Assembly (NCBI GenBank): GCA_011192015.1
Contig: DUET01000085.1
Location: 20,648-84,647 of the forward strand
DNA from: Anaerolineae bacterium
GTDB taxonomy: Bacteria; Chloroflexota; Anaerolineae; Anaerolineales; E44-bin32
Direction of reading: 5' to 3'
DNA length: 64,000 nt
Below the pieces are notes generated by a model. That model did no database searches. It worked only from the letters and a program-made list of their open reading frames with translations, and had not been told where the DNA came from. Below, piece by piece: positions 27,011-35,034 of the stretch. Every line of letters begins with the position of its first letter. Positions within the stretch are counted from its first letter, which is position 1. Both the position numbers and the translations under genes were made by a program.

Positions 27011-27979
27011 CTACGTGGTTGCAGACGAAAGATCATCGATGACCTTTCGAACTCGAGCGACATTCTCAGGATGCCTGAGGATGACGATGTTGGCGCCGGA
27101 ATGAATCAGGGTCGTTGCGGTGAGAGTCTCCCAGTTCAGGGCGCGTCGATTCCAATCGCCCCAGGCCTCAGGAACCCCTTCACCGACTTTCGATTCCTTG
27201 ACCTTCCAAGCCTCAGCCCCTGGATCCACGATCATGGGCTGCTGCGTCATCTTGTCGCCCGTGAGGGCTGCAAGGCGCAACCGTTCCATCACCGAGTATC
27301 CGTACTCGATGCCGTAGCCCAGGGCTCCTGTGGTTGGATCCATCATGATCCGTTCCAGGGGTAGCCCCATGTCATTGATCAGAATGACCAACTGCTTGGA
27401 AAGGTTGACATCCATTGGTGTTTTGGATTGCACGAGGTGATTGTGGGCGAGTGCGGCGGCGACGATGGTTCGGTAGTTCTTCTCTTCGCAGACGCCCAGA
27501 AGCACACGTTCGCCATCGGCCTCCTCGGCCGCGGGAACGATGAGTTCATTATCGATCTCGGCTTGCCCAGGACCGACGACGGCGATAGGCAGGCCCGTTG
27601 CATCCAGGACTTTGCGCACCACGGCGCGAACGTTTTCTGGCGTGTTGGGATTGCCATCTGCGGTTGCGGCACTCAGCACGAGGTAGATCAGGTCGGCGCC
27701 CATTGCTTCGGCCGCCTGAGCCCATTTCGCAGGATCTTCCGCGGTTTCCCCTAGAGCATCCAGCAGCAACGGCGACCAATCATCCGGTTTGCGGTCGCGG
27801 ATCTCAACAGCCAGTGCTGGCTTGTTGGGGAAAGAACCCTCGTAGTGCAAGAAGGGTAGAGCACTTTCACCACCAACGGTCAACGTCTTCGCGCGAGTGC
27901 CGCCCTCTTCCGAGGTGGCCCCGATCGTGACCTTTCGCACCTGGGCGGTCCATTTCTCTTTGGGTATCTCGACAGCCAT
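27011..27979 (-). CDS. acsD: Corrinoid/iron-sulfur protein small subunit
   Basis: 322-aa ORF between acsB and acsC. TIM-barrel-type CFeSP small-subunit-like sequence. Call relies mainly on context. Confidence 0.85.
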   Translation of the reverse strand: MAVEIPKEKWTAQVRKVTIGATSEEGGTRAKTLTVGGESALPFLHYEGSFPNKPALAVEIRDRKPDDWSPLLLDALGETAEDPAKWAQAAEAMGADLIYLVLSAATADGNPNTPENVRAVVRKVLDATGLPIAVVGPGQAEIDNELIVPAAEEADGERVLLGVCEEKNYRTIVAAALAHNHLVQSKTPMDVNLSKQLVILINDMGLPLERIMMDPTTGALGYGIEYGYSVMERLRLAALTGDKMTQQPMIVDPGAEAWKVKESKVGEGVPEAWGDWNRRALNWETLTATTLIHSGANIVILRHPENVARVRKVIDDLSSATT

Positions 27980-28008
27980 GGGCGTTGTAACCTCCGTTTT
28001 TCATGCTT

Positions 28009-28067
28009 GGTTGTCAGCCGACATGCGCCCATGTAGGATGATTCGAGCACGATATCGGCTGACAACC
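28009..28067 (-). other. Intercistronic stem-loop (13-bp perfect stem) in the acsB-acsD spacer
   Basis: GGTTGTCAGCCGA (28009-28021) is perfectly complementary to TCGGCTGACAACC (28055-28067), with a 33-nt loop. Confidence 0.6.
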
Positions 28068-28076
28068 TGATCTTGT

Positions 28077-30362
28077 CTACATCAATGGCGGCAAGGAAAG
28101 CGCCGGATGGTTCTTCTCCTGCAGATGCTTCACCAAACCTTCCACATCAGTGCAATCGCGCTCGTCGGCGATCTTGTCGATCAGATCCGGATCACCCTCA
28201 CGGATTGCGGCCTCCTTGAGCTGCTCGGCCATCTGTTCCTTCATGATGGACGATAGCCAGACAACACGCTTCAGGCCTCCGTCCGCGCGGATGAACTTCT
28301 TGCTGAGCACGAAGAATTTCCCGTGCCCCATCACGCCCGGTGTCTGCAGACCCCCGCCTGCCACACCAGCCAGCGTGGAGAAGGTCATGCCGGCCGGGGT
28401 CATGCTGGTGTCCTCTCGGCTCACGATCATGAAACCATTCGCCTCAGGGATGACCATCATGATGCACTCGAAGCAGCCACAGGCCGTCATGGGATTCTCC
28501 ATGACTGAATACATGGCGACGTCCGATACCGAGCCATGGGAGGCTTGCACAGCATACTCGTTCACGCCTGTGAAGTATCCCTTGTCATCATCCAGGCATT
28601 CGCCCTTCTTGATGGGCTGGTTGGGGCCGGTGGGGTTGATCTGGAAGGATGCCTTGCAATCCAGCCAGTTGTATGCGCCGCAGAGCCCAAGCCTTTCGGG
28701 GCTCACGATGCACACGTGGTCTGGTGCGAAGGACTGGCACAGCGTGCAGGAGTAGAAATCCTCCACGCTCTCATCCGTCATGGCGCCCATGCGCTCGTTG
28801 CGTTCGTTGTAGGCTTCCCTGGCCTTCTCCAGCCATTCAGCATAGAGCTTGGGTTCGGTGATGATCTTGACTTCGACCTTGTCAACGATGGTGCCGAAAT
28901 CACCGTGGAATCGGGCATGCAGGATGTCGCCGAAATGCTTCAGCGTGAAGCCCTTCTCGGCGGCCGCCTTGCTGATGCGGATCCAGGCGATGTCGCGCTG
29001 GCCGATGTGCTGGATGCCGGAAGCGCCGTTGACGAAGTAGTGGATCTGGCGCTCGAGGACCGGCTCGAAGTCGCTCTCCATCTTGCGACCAGCGACCTTC
29101 ACCAGGATCCCCAGGTCCATGAACCCGCCTTCATCAAGCGTGTCGAATTCGGGGCCAATGACCTCGATCTTGCCGTCCTCGACATCGTCCATGTCCGCCA
29201 TGAACAGATACTCGTAGGCACGGCTGCCCTTGCCGCCGAATTCGGCGCGCATGTCAGCTCTGCGGACGACCTCGCCCTCGAAGGCGGAGCCGTAGGGCAC
29301 GGGAACCGGAACTTCGGTGATCTGGATCTTGACCCCGCGAACCTCGATGCACTTCTGAACCAGCTGCTTGGCCTTCTCGCTTTCGGTCTCGCCCTCGATC
29401 TCGTTCCAGGGCATGGAGATGACATGCTCATAGCGAGTGACGCCTGTGGGCAGGATCTCGGGGATGATGGTATCGGCGATAACCGGGAAGCCATAGGAGA
29501 TGGCGCCCGCAGCAGCGGCGTATTTCAGATCATCGACCTCGCCTAGGGCGAGGGCGAAGGCAAACACCCTGTTCTTGTTGTAGAGCAGAATGTCTCTCCA
29601 CTGCCCGCCCTTCAAGCCACCGAATGTGAGTGCCGAACGGGTGGCAAATCCAAGCGCATAGATGGCGGAAAGGGTATCTCGTCCGAAGGGCACGATGTAG
29701 GTATCGTAGCCCATCTCCACTCCTTCCTCTTGGAGCTGATCGATGATCGATCGACCGTTGACGTTGCCGGAGAGGAAGGTGAGGATGCTGCGCTGCTGAA
29801 GCTCACGCACGATGGACACGGCGGCTTCATTGGATCTGGCAGCGCCGATGATAGCCGCAAAACCGGGCATGCGGCCGTCTACGAGCTGGATGCCCCAGGA
29901 TCGAAGCTGGATGTCATCGATGGGGCCGTTAAGATGTCCATCCAGGCTGGGCTCGCCCCCGTTATCGGGGCTGGTGAAGGAAGTTCCACCGGCTAGCTGA
30001 AAGCCCGGGTAGGGTTCGGGTTGTTCTCCGTAAACGAAACGGATGGCTTCGATGGTCTCTGCGGCCAGCAGGGTCGCCATGCCTGAGTCCAGGGTTTCGC
30101 CCAGGTAGGGTGTCCAAACCTTGCTGTCCGGGATCGGGTGGAGCATGGATTTGGCATACGTCATCACGGGCTCGAGCTCTCCGAGCGTGCTGACCTCATG
30201 CCCCATCATGCCGAGGGCCACTGGTAGGAAATAAGCCGTGTTCGGAAAGGCCACAGCTTGATCAGCGCCCTTTTCCTTAAGCGCCTTCTGCAACAAAACG
30301 TCCGCTTCGGCCACAATGGCGTTGGCGCCGCGAATGGCGCGAGTAGCGACGTAGCGTGACAT
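28077..30362 (-). CDS. acsB: Acetyl-CoA synthase (A-cluster subunit of CODH/ACS)
   Basis: 761 aa. A-cluster ligands: SCTLCQSFAPDHVCIV..LCG and the Cys-Gly-Cys motif in MTACGCFECIMM. Confidence 0.95.
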   Translation of the reverse strand: MSRYVATRAIRGANAIVAEADVLLQKALKEKGADQAVAFPNTAYFLPVALGMMGHEVSTLGELEPVMTYAKSMLHPIPDSKVWTPYLGETLDSGMATLLAAETIEAIRFVYGEQPEPYPGFQLAGGTSFTSPDNGGEPSLDGHLNGPIDDIQLRSWGIQLVDGRMPGFAAIIGAARSNEAAVSIVRELQQRSILTFLSGNVNGRSIIDQLQEEGVEMGYDTYIVPFGRDTLSAIYALGFATRSALTFGGLKGGQWRDILLYNKNRVFAFALALGEVDDLKYAAAAGAISYGFPVIADTIIPEILPTGVTRYEHVISMPWNEIEGETESEKAKQLVQKCIEVRGVKIQITEVPVPVPYGSAFEGEVVRRADMRAEFGGKGSRAYEYLFMADMDDVEDGKIEVIGPEFDTLDEGGFMDLGILVKVAGRKMESDFEPVLERQIHYFVNGASGIQHIGQRDIAWIRISKAAAEKGFTLKHFGDILHARFHGDFGTIVDKVEVKIITEPKLYAEWLEKAREAYNERNERMGAMTDESVEDFYSCTLCQSFAPDHVCIVSPERLGLCGAYNWLDCKASFQINPTGPNQPIKKGECLDDDKGYFTGVNEYAVQASHGSVSDVAMYSVMENPMTACGCFECIMMVIPEANGFMIVSREDTSMTPAGMTFSTLAGVAGGGLQTPGVMGHGKFFVLSKKFIRADGGLKRVVWLSSIMKEQMAEQLKEAAIREGDPDLIDKIADERDCTDVEGLVKHLQEKNHPALSLPPLM

Positions 30363-30376
30363 GGTTTCTCTCCTTC

Positions 30377-32377
30377 CTACTCCGCCTTGTTGCCGTAGGC
30401 GGCTTCAATGCGTTCTTCGAGCGGCAATTCGATGAGCTGTTCCATTCGCGCGTCGCCGCTCTGTCCCCACTTGGTGGGATCATATTCGGGCAGGCCGAGC
30501 GCAGCGCGCTTCTTGTCGATGTGAGCCAGCGAGCGACGTACGATCTCCTCGGGGTCGTTGATGAATTCCATCCTGCCACCCACCTTCGACTCCCAACCAT
30601 CGCTGATCATGCGATCGACAACTTCCACGCCACTCACAGGGCTCTTGTGACCCATGATGACGTAGGCGCCTGAAGCGACACAGTAGGTGCCGATGGAGAT
30701 GGCTTTCTCGCTCATCCACTCCGGCGCCATACCCACGGCCGGGATATCGCTGATGTCCTCACCCAAGCCGGTCTCCGTGGCCATTTCCGCCAGAACGGTC
30801 AGGATGCGGGAGTTGTCCACGCAGGAGCCCATGTGGAGTACGGGGGGCATGCCTACGGCTTCACAGACTTCACGCAACCCGGGGCCGGCGGCCTCGAAGG
30901 CCGCTTCCGGCGTCATGTAACCCTGCTTGGCGCTCGCGATGGCGCCGCATCCTGTCTCAACCACCAGGACGTCGTTCTTGAGGAACTCGGTGACCACATG
31001 CTGGTGCAGATGGTCGTGGCACACTCGGGCGTTGTTGCAGCCGATGTTGGCCACAACGCCGCGGATCCGCCCCGAAATGATGGCATCGTTCAGCGGGCGG
31101 AAGGAGCCGCGATGGGTGCCGCCGAGTGCATAGCGGATGTATTCATGCGAGAACCCGGGGATCAATTCGGCCTTGTCTTCCGGAATGCGGGTCTTCTTTC
31201 GCTCCGGGTAGCGATCCACAGCCTTGCGCACGATCTCCTTGGCGATCTCCATGGCGCGGTGCTCATCGAATTCCATGTGCGTGGCGCCGGTGATCTTGGC
31301 CTTGGGGGACGTGGTGATCAACTCGGTGTGGTAATTTTCGGCCAGCTTGACCACACCCTGCATGATGCACTGGATGTCCACCACCATCGCCTCGACGGCG
31401 CCGGTGAGGATGGCCAGTTCCTGCTGCAGGAAGTTGCCTGCCAGGGGCACACCCTGGCGCATGAGGGTCTCGTTGGCGGTGCAGCAGATCCCCGCCATGG
31501 TGATGCCCTCGGCTCCCTTGCTCTTGGCGTACTTGATCATCTCGGGATCTTGTGCCGCCGCCACGATCATTTCCGAGAGGGTGGGCTCGTGCCCGTGGAT
31601 GATGATGTTGACCTCATCGTCCTTGAGAACACCCAGGTTGGCCTCCGAGATGACCGGGGCCGGTGTTCCGAAGAGCACGTCGGATAGATCGGTGGCCATC
31701 ATCGATCCGCCCCAACCATCACCCAGGGCGGCTCGCATCGCATGGTCGAGGATGTGCTCCGCATCCTGGTCGTTGCCGATGTGGGTGCGGTGCATGATCT
31801 CCACGATCTCACGGTCGACATTGCGGGGTTCGATCCCCAGCTTCTTCCAGATCTCCTGGCGCTTGGGTGGCGCGCGGTCGAGATATTTGATCTTGCCTTC
31901 CACCTTGCCGAATTCACCCAATGCCGCCAAGGCCACATCCTTGGCAAGTTCCTCGGTGGTCTTCCCGTCCACAGCAACGTCCAGATAGCCTGCCATCTCA
32001 CGAAGCTTGGCTGGATCCTTGATGCTGTAATCGGGGGCATGACCCTCGGCAGCTGCCAAGAGGGTGTAGGCCAAGTCTCGGCCGTGATCGGAGTGGGCGG
32101 CTGCGCCAGCGGCCACCATGCGCGCGAAGTTGCGTGCTGCAACGGTCTCGCGTGTCGCTCCGCAAATTCCGGTTTGTCCCTCTTTCACCAAACGGCATGG
32201 CCCCATCCCACATACTTTGCAACAATAACCGTCTGAACCTATCGGACACGCTGCCATGCTGTCTGCACGCGAGAAGGAAGTTTCGATTCCTTCTTCTGTG
32301 GCTTGTGTCAGAAGTGTGATGGTGGCTTGATCCCGGCTGGCTTCTTCGGGAGTTCTCTCTTTTTTCGCCATTATCAT
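30377..32377 (-). CDS. acsA: Ni-dependent carbon monoxide dehydrogenase catalytic subunit
   Basis: 666 aa. N-terminal ACPIGSDGYCCKVCGMGPCRL (B/D cluster motif) and CooS-type body. Confidence 0.95.
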   Translation of the reverse strand: MIMAKKERTPEEASRDQATITLLTQATEEGIETSFSRADSMAACPIGSDGYCCKVCGMGPCRLVKEGQTGICGATRETVAARNFARMVAAGAAAHSDHGRDLAYTLLAAAEGHAPDYSIKDPAKLREMAGYLDVAVDGKTTEELAKDVALAALGEFGKVEGKIKYLDRAPPKRQEIWKKLGIEPRNVDREIVEIMHRTHIGNDQDAEHILDHAMRAALGDGWGGSMMATDLSDVLFGTPAPVISEANLGVLKDDEVNIIIHGHEPTLSEMIVAAAQDPEMIKYAKSKGAEGITMAGICCTANETLMRQGVPLAGNFLQQELAILTGAVEAMVVDIQCIMQGVVKLAENYHTELITTSPKAKITGATHMEFDEHRAMEIAKEIVRKAVDRYPERKKTRIPEDKAELIPGFSHEYIRYALGGTHRGSFRPLNDAIISGRIRGVVANIGCNNARVCHDHLHQHVVTEFLKNDVLVVETGCGAIASAKQGYMTPEAAFEAAGPGLREVCEAVGMPPVLHMGSCVDNSRILTVLAEMATETGLGEDISDIPAVGMAPEWMSEKAISIGTYCVASGAYVIMGHKSPVSGVEVVDRMISDGWESKVGGRMEFINDPEEIVRRSLAHIDKKRAALGLPEYDPTKWGQSGDARMEQLIELPLEERIEAAYGNKAE

Positions 32378-32408
32378 CGCTCCCTAATGGATTTTTGTAT
32401 ACCAGACA

Positions 32409-32714
32409 CTAAAGGTCGGCTGGGTCGGTTTTGGTCGCACGAACTCCAAGCTCGCCCCATTTCGGGTCGCGCTTGAGGGAATCCGCTTCGACCAGCACCG
32501 GTGTCCCCTCGGCGGTCGTGTAGCCGGCATCCGCCAGAGCCTTTTCGATGGCTTTGGGCTTCGCCTTGGCAGAATCATAGGAGATCATGATCTGCCTCCA
32601 TGCCGAACTCGCGAACACGTCCTCGACACCTTCCATGCTGGTCAGGATTTCCCTGATCTTCAACACGTGGTGATCGGCGAACATGTGCGGCATATCCAGG
32701 ACAAGCTTTTTCAT
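32409..32714 (-). CDS. HMA (heavy-metal-associated)-like small protein lacking the CxxC motif
   Basis: 101 aa. Length and pattern fit a beta-alpha-beta-beta-alpha-beta fold (KLVLDMPHMFADHHVLKIREILTSMEGVEDV...ISYD....IEKALADAGY). The usual GMxCxxC loop is replaced by MPHMFADHH. Confidence 0.55.
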   Translation of the reverse strand: MKKLVLDMPHMFADHHVLKIREILTSMEGVEDVFASSAWRQIMISYDSAKAKPKAIEKALADAGYTTAEGTPVLVEADSLKRDPKWGELGVRATKTDPADL

Positions 32715-32729
32715 TGCGCCTCTCTCCTT

Positions 32730-33533
32730 CTATTCCTCTGGATTGGCTTCATCTTCCATAAGACCATGCGGACGTAAGTAGGTTTCGGTTAGATCGTCTT
32801 TAATCTGGGTTTTCAGAGAGTCCTTCAGCACATTCCCTGAGACATGCATGAGTGTGTCGAAATACTCCTGCTCTTTGTACATGCTTGCCAGGCATGGGTA
32901 GTGATGATGCAGCAATCCGCCTGTTTCTAAAGCCTCATTTACTTCCACACCCACGAGATGATTTGCGACATAGCGCGTACACCCGCAGGCAGCGTCGCGC
33001 AGCACCTCCACCCTGGCTATCTTCCCCTCATCCACTTCGACATGCAAGCTGGGCTTACCGAAGTGCTCGACGAAGCGATGAATGATGGGATCGTCGTAAG
33101 CCCTAGCATTGGACCCTAGATTGTACTCAAGATTCCCCAAAGAGCAGAAGGGTTTGGGGAAAACGGAAAGGATTCCTTTTTCATCGAGCCATTGCTCGAG
33201 TTGAAGCGCCAATCCTGCAGGGAGCGCCGTGCTGCGATCGATGGGAGCAATCACGGCACGTGCTCCGCACATGTGCACGATGTCCGGCACAAGCTGCGCT
33301 AGGCCGGGGATCTCTCCCAAAGCCAGAACAAGATCCGCAGGTTCAAAGGAAGGAGGTAGGAACTCCTGCGGATCATCGACGATGGGCGGTAAGACTCGCG
33401 GTGCAACCCAACTCCCAATCTTCCAGTTGGGAGGTGCATGCTCGCGCAGGTTGTCTGTGATGCGTTGACCCCATTTCCCCTGAATGATGGTCAGAATGCG
33501 GAAGAGTTCCGCCTTGGATTGGCCACCGCTCAT
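32730..33533 (-). CDS. Conserved hypothetical protein, DUF166/COG1810-like (tentative), first gene of the acs cluster
   Basis: 267 aa with motifs PFCSL, AACGCTRYVA and HHHYPCLAS. Family assignment is from memory only and needs an HMM search. Confidence 0.5.
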   Translation of the reverse strand: MSGGQSKAELFRILTIIQGKWGQRITDNLREHAPPNWKIGSWVAPRVLPPIVDDPQEFLPPSFEPADLVLALGEIPGLAQLVPDIVHMCGARAVIAPIDRSTALPAGLALQLEQWLDEKGILSVFPKPFCSLGNLEYNLGSNARAYDDPIIHRFVEHFGKPSLHVEVDEGKIARVEVLRDAACGCTRYVANHLVGVEVNEALETGGLLHHHYPCLASMYKEQEYFDTLMHVSGNVLKDSLKTQIKDDLTETYLRPHGLMEDEANPEE

Positions 33534-33937
33534 ACAGACCCTGCTCCCACCGTCTCAAACAATTGCCTATAGGATGGCTTTCATGGCTGATTTAAGGCAG
33601 TGGGGAAAGTCACACTTTTCTTCGCGGGTTGTCCTTGTTGGTAGAAGCGCCGTGGCGCATGTTGTATGAGGGCCTCGATCTCCGGTTCTTTCTGCGTTTG
33701 AAATCTTCGCAGCAGGAATCATGGTTCGACCGATGCCTGCGTTTCTGTCCACGTCTTCAGGAGTTGGTTTCCGCGGGCTTGGTCTGGATGGGTGGCTGCA
33801 TAGATGGCGTCTATTTTTTACTATAGACATTCTCGATAGCGCTCGTGACGTATTTCACTACTCATACCTGGGGCATAGGCCATATATTGGATAGCAGTAA
33901 AGCGTTCTGACAATCATAGGAGCATTAGAGCATCGGC

Positions 33938-34240
33938 GTGGAAGATCTATCCCATTCGGACGCTGAGAGGCAAGCAGACATATTCAGCGTCCTGTCCAAT
34001 CCCAAGCGGATACTGATCTTGCGGGCGCTCGCCGAAGGGGAGTTGTCGGTGGGTGACGTTGCACAGATGGTGGATATCTCCATGCAGAACGCTTCGCATC
34101 ATTTAAGACTGATGAAGGATAAGGGCATCCTGATCCGACATCGCAAGGGGCAATCCATTTTCTACCAGATTGCTGCCCCGGAAATTGTGGCCGGCATCTT
34201 GGAGATGGACCCTGATCCGGCGGAATTGAAGGACGAATAA
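33938..34240 (+). CDS. ArsR/SmtB-family winged-helix transcriptional regulator (no Cys residues)
   Basis: 100 aa with FSVLSNPKRILILRALAEGELSVGDVAQMVDISMQNASHHLRLMKDKGIL. GTG start and weak RBS, so the start is uncertain. Confidence 0.8.
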   Translation: MEDLSHSDAERQADIFSVLSNPKRILILRALAEGELSVGDVAQMVDISMQNASHHLRLMKDKGILIRHRKGQSIFYQIAAPEIVAGILEMDPDPAELKDE

Positions 34241-34299
34241 GGCCAGGCAAAGCATTGGCCGCAGATCTGATCCCAATCGGATTCTAAAGGAGAGAAACA

Positions 34300-34554
34300 A
34301 TGTCAAGCGAAGATCTGTCCCAGGTTAGTGCCGCTAAAGTCGTCGACGCACGCGGCAGTGCTTGCCCGGGGCCCCTGCTGGAGGCCAAAAAGGGCATCGG
34401 TATGATCAAGGTTGGTGAGATCCTCGAGATCTGGTCTGGCGATGCTCGGACCAAAGAGGACATCCCCAAGTGGGCAGCTAAAGTAGGGCAGGAGTATATG
34501 GGCGCCCTCACCGCGGAAGGCTATGATCGCATCTTCCTGCGCCGCTCCAAGTAA
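34300..34554 (+). CDS. tusA: TusA/SirA-family sulfur carrier protein (copy 1)
   Basis: 84 aa with VDARGSACPGPLLEAKK (CPxP active-site motif). RBS AGGAGA lies 6 nt upstream. Confidence 0.9.
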   Translation: MSSEDLSQVSAAKVVDARGSACPGPLLEAKKGIGMIKVGEILEIWSGDARTKEDIPKWAAKVGQEYMGALTAEGYDRIFLRRSK

Positions 34555-34565
34555 AGGACATCGCT

Positions 34566-35018
34566 ATGGGACAAGAATCGAACGCCGGGGAGCCCAAAGT
34601 CCTCATCCTGGCAACGCTCTCCGGTGGCTATGCTGGCGCGGATTCTGTAGGTCAAGCGCATGCAGAATACGCCACCAACACGTACATTTTGCCAGTCGTC
34701 TGCCCAGCCATGTTCCCAGAGGAGTTCTATATCGAGTCGTTCGAGCGCGGCATCGATGCCATCCTGGTGATGTTTTCAGGAACGGATTGTCCCTACAAGG
34801 GGGGCGCTGAGCGAACGGCACAGATCATCAACAAAGTCTACCCGATGATGAAGGAACGTGGCATCGACACGCGACGCCTGCGTCTCGTGGCCATCTGCAC
34901 AGTCTGCACCAAACCCTTCCTTAAAGAGGTCACCCAGGTCAACGAGCTGTTGGACGAGATCGGGCACGTTGCTGCGGAGATCGCTGCAGGGCCTTCGGTG
35001 CAGGCTCCAGCTTCCTGA
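34566..35018 (+). CDS. Divergent MvhD/FlpD-like protein with a degenerate Cys pattern
   Basis: 150 aa that aligns to the three MvhD paralogs, but YCCHYCAY is replaced by ATLSGGYAG and AGCxxGxCH by SGTDCPY. PVVCPAM is retained. Confidence 0.7.
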   Translation: MGQESNAGEPKVLILATLSGGYAGADSVGQAHAEYATNTYILPVVCPAMFPEEFYIESFERGIDAILVMFSGTDCPYKGGAERTAQIINKVYPMMKERGIDTRRLRLVAICTVCTKPFLKEVTQVNELLDEIGHVAAEIAAGPSVQAPAS

Positions 35019-35034
35019 CAAGCGGAGGAGAAGC

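Noticed and set aside
33567-33830. Small overlapping ORFs (33567-33830 minus, 33629-33826 plus) in the divergent intergenic region.
   Set aside because: They have no Shine-Dalgarno sequence and no recognisable motifs, and they overlap each other on opposite strands. This is more plausibly non-coding promoter DNA.
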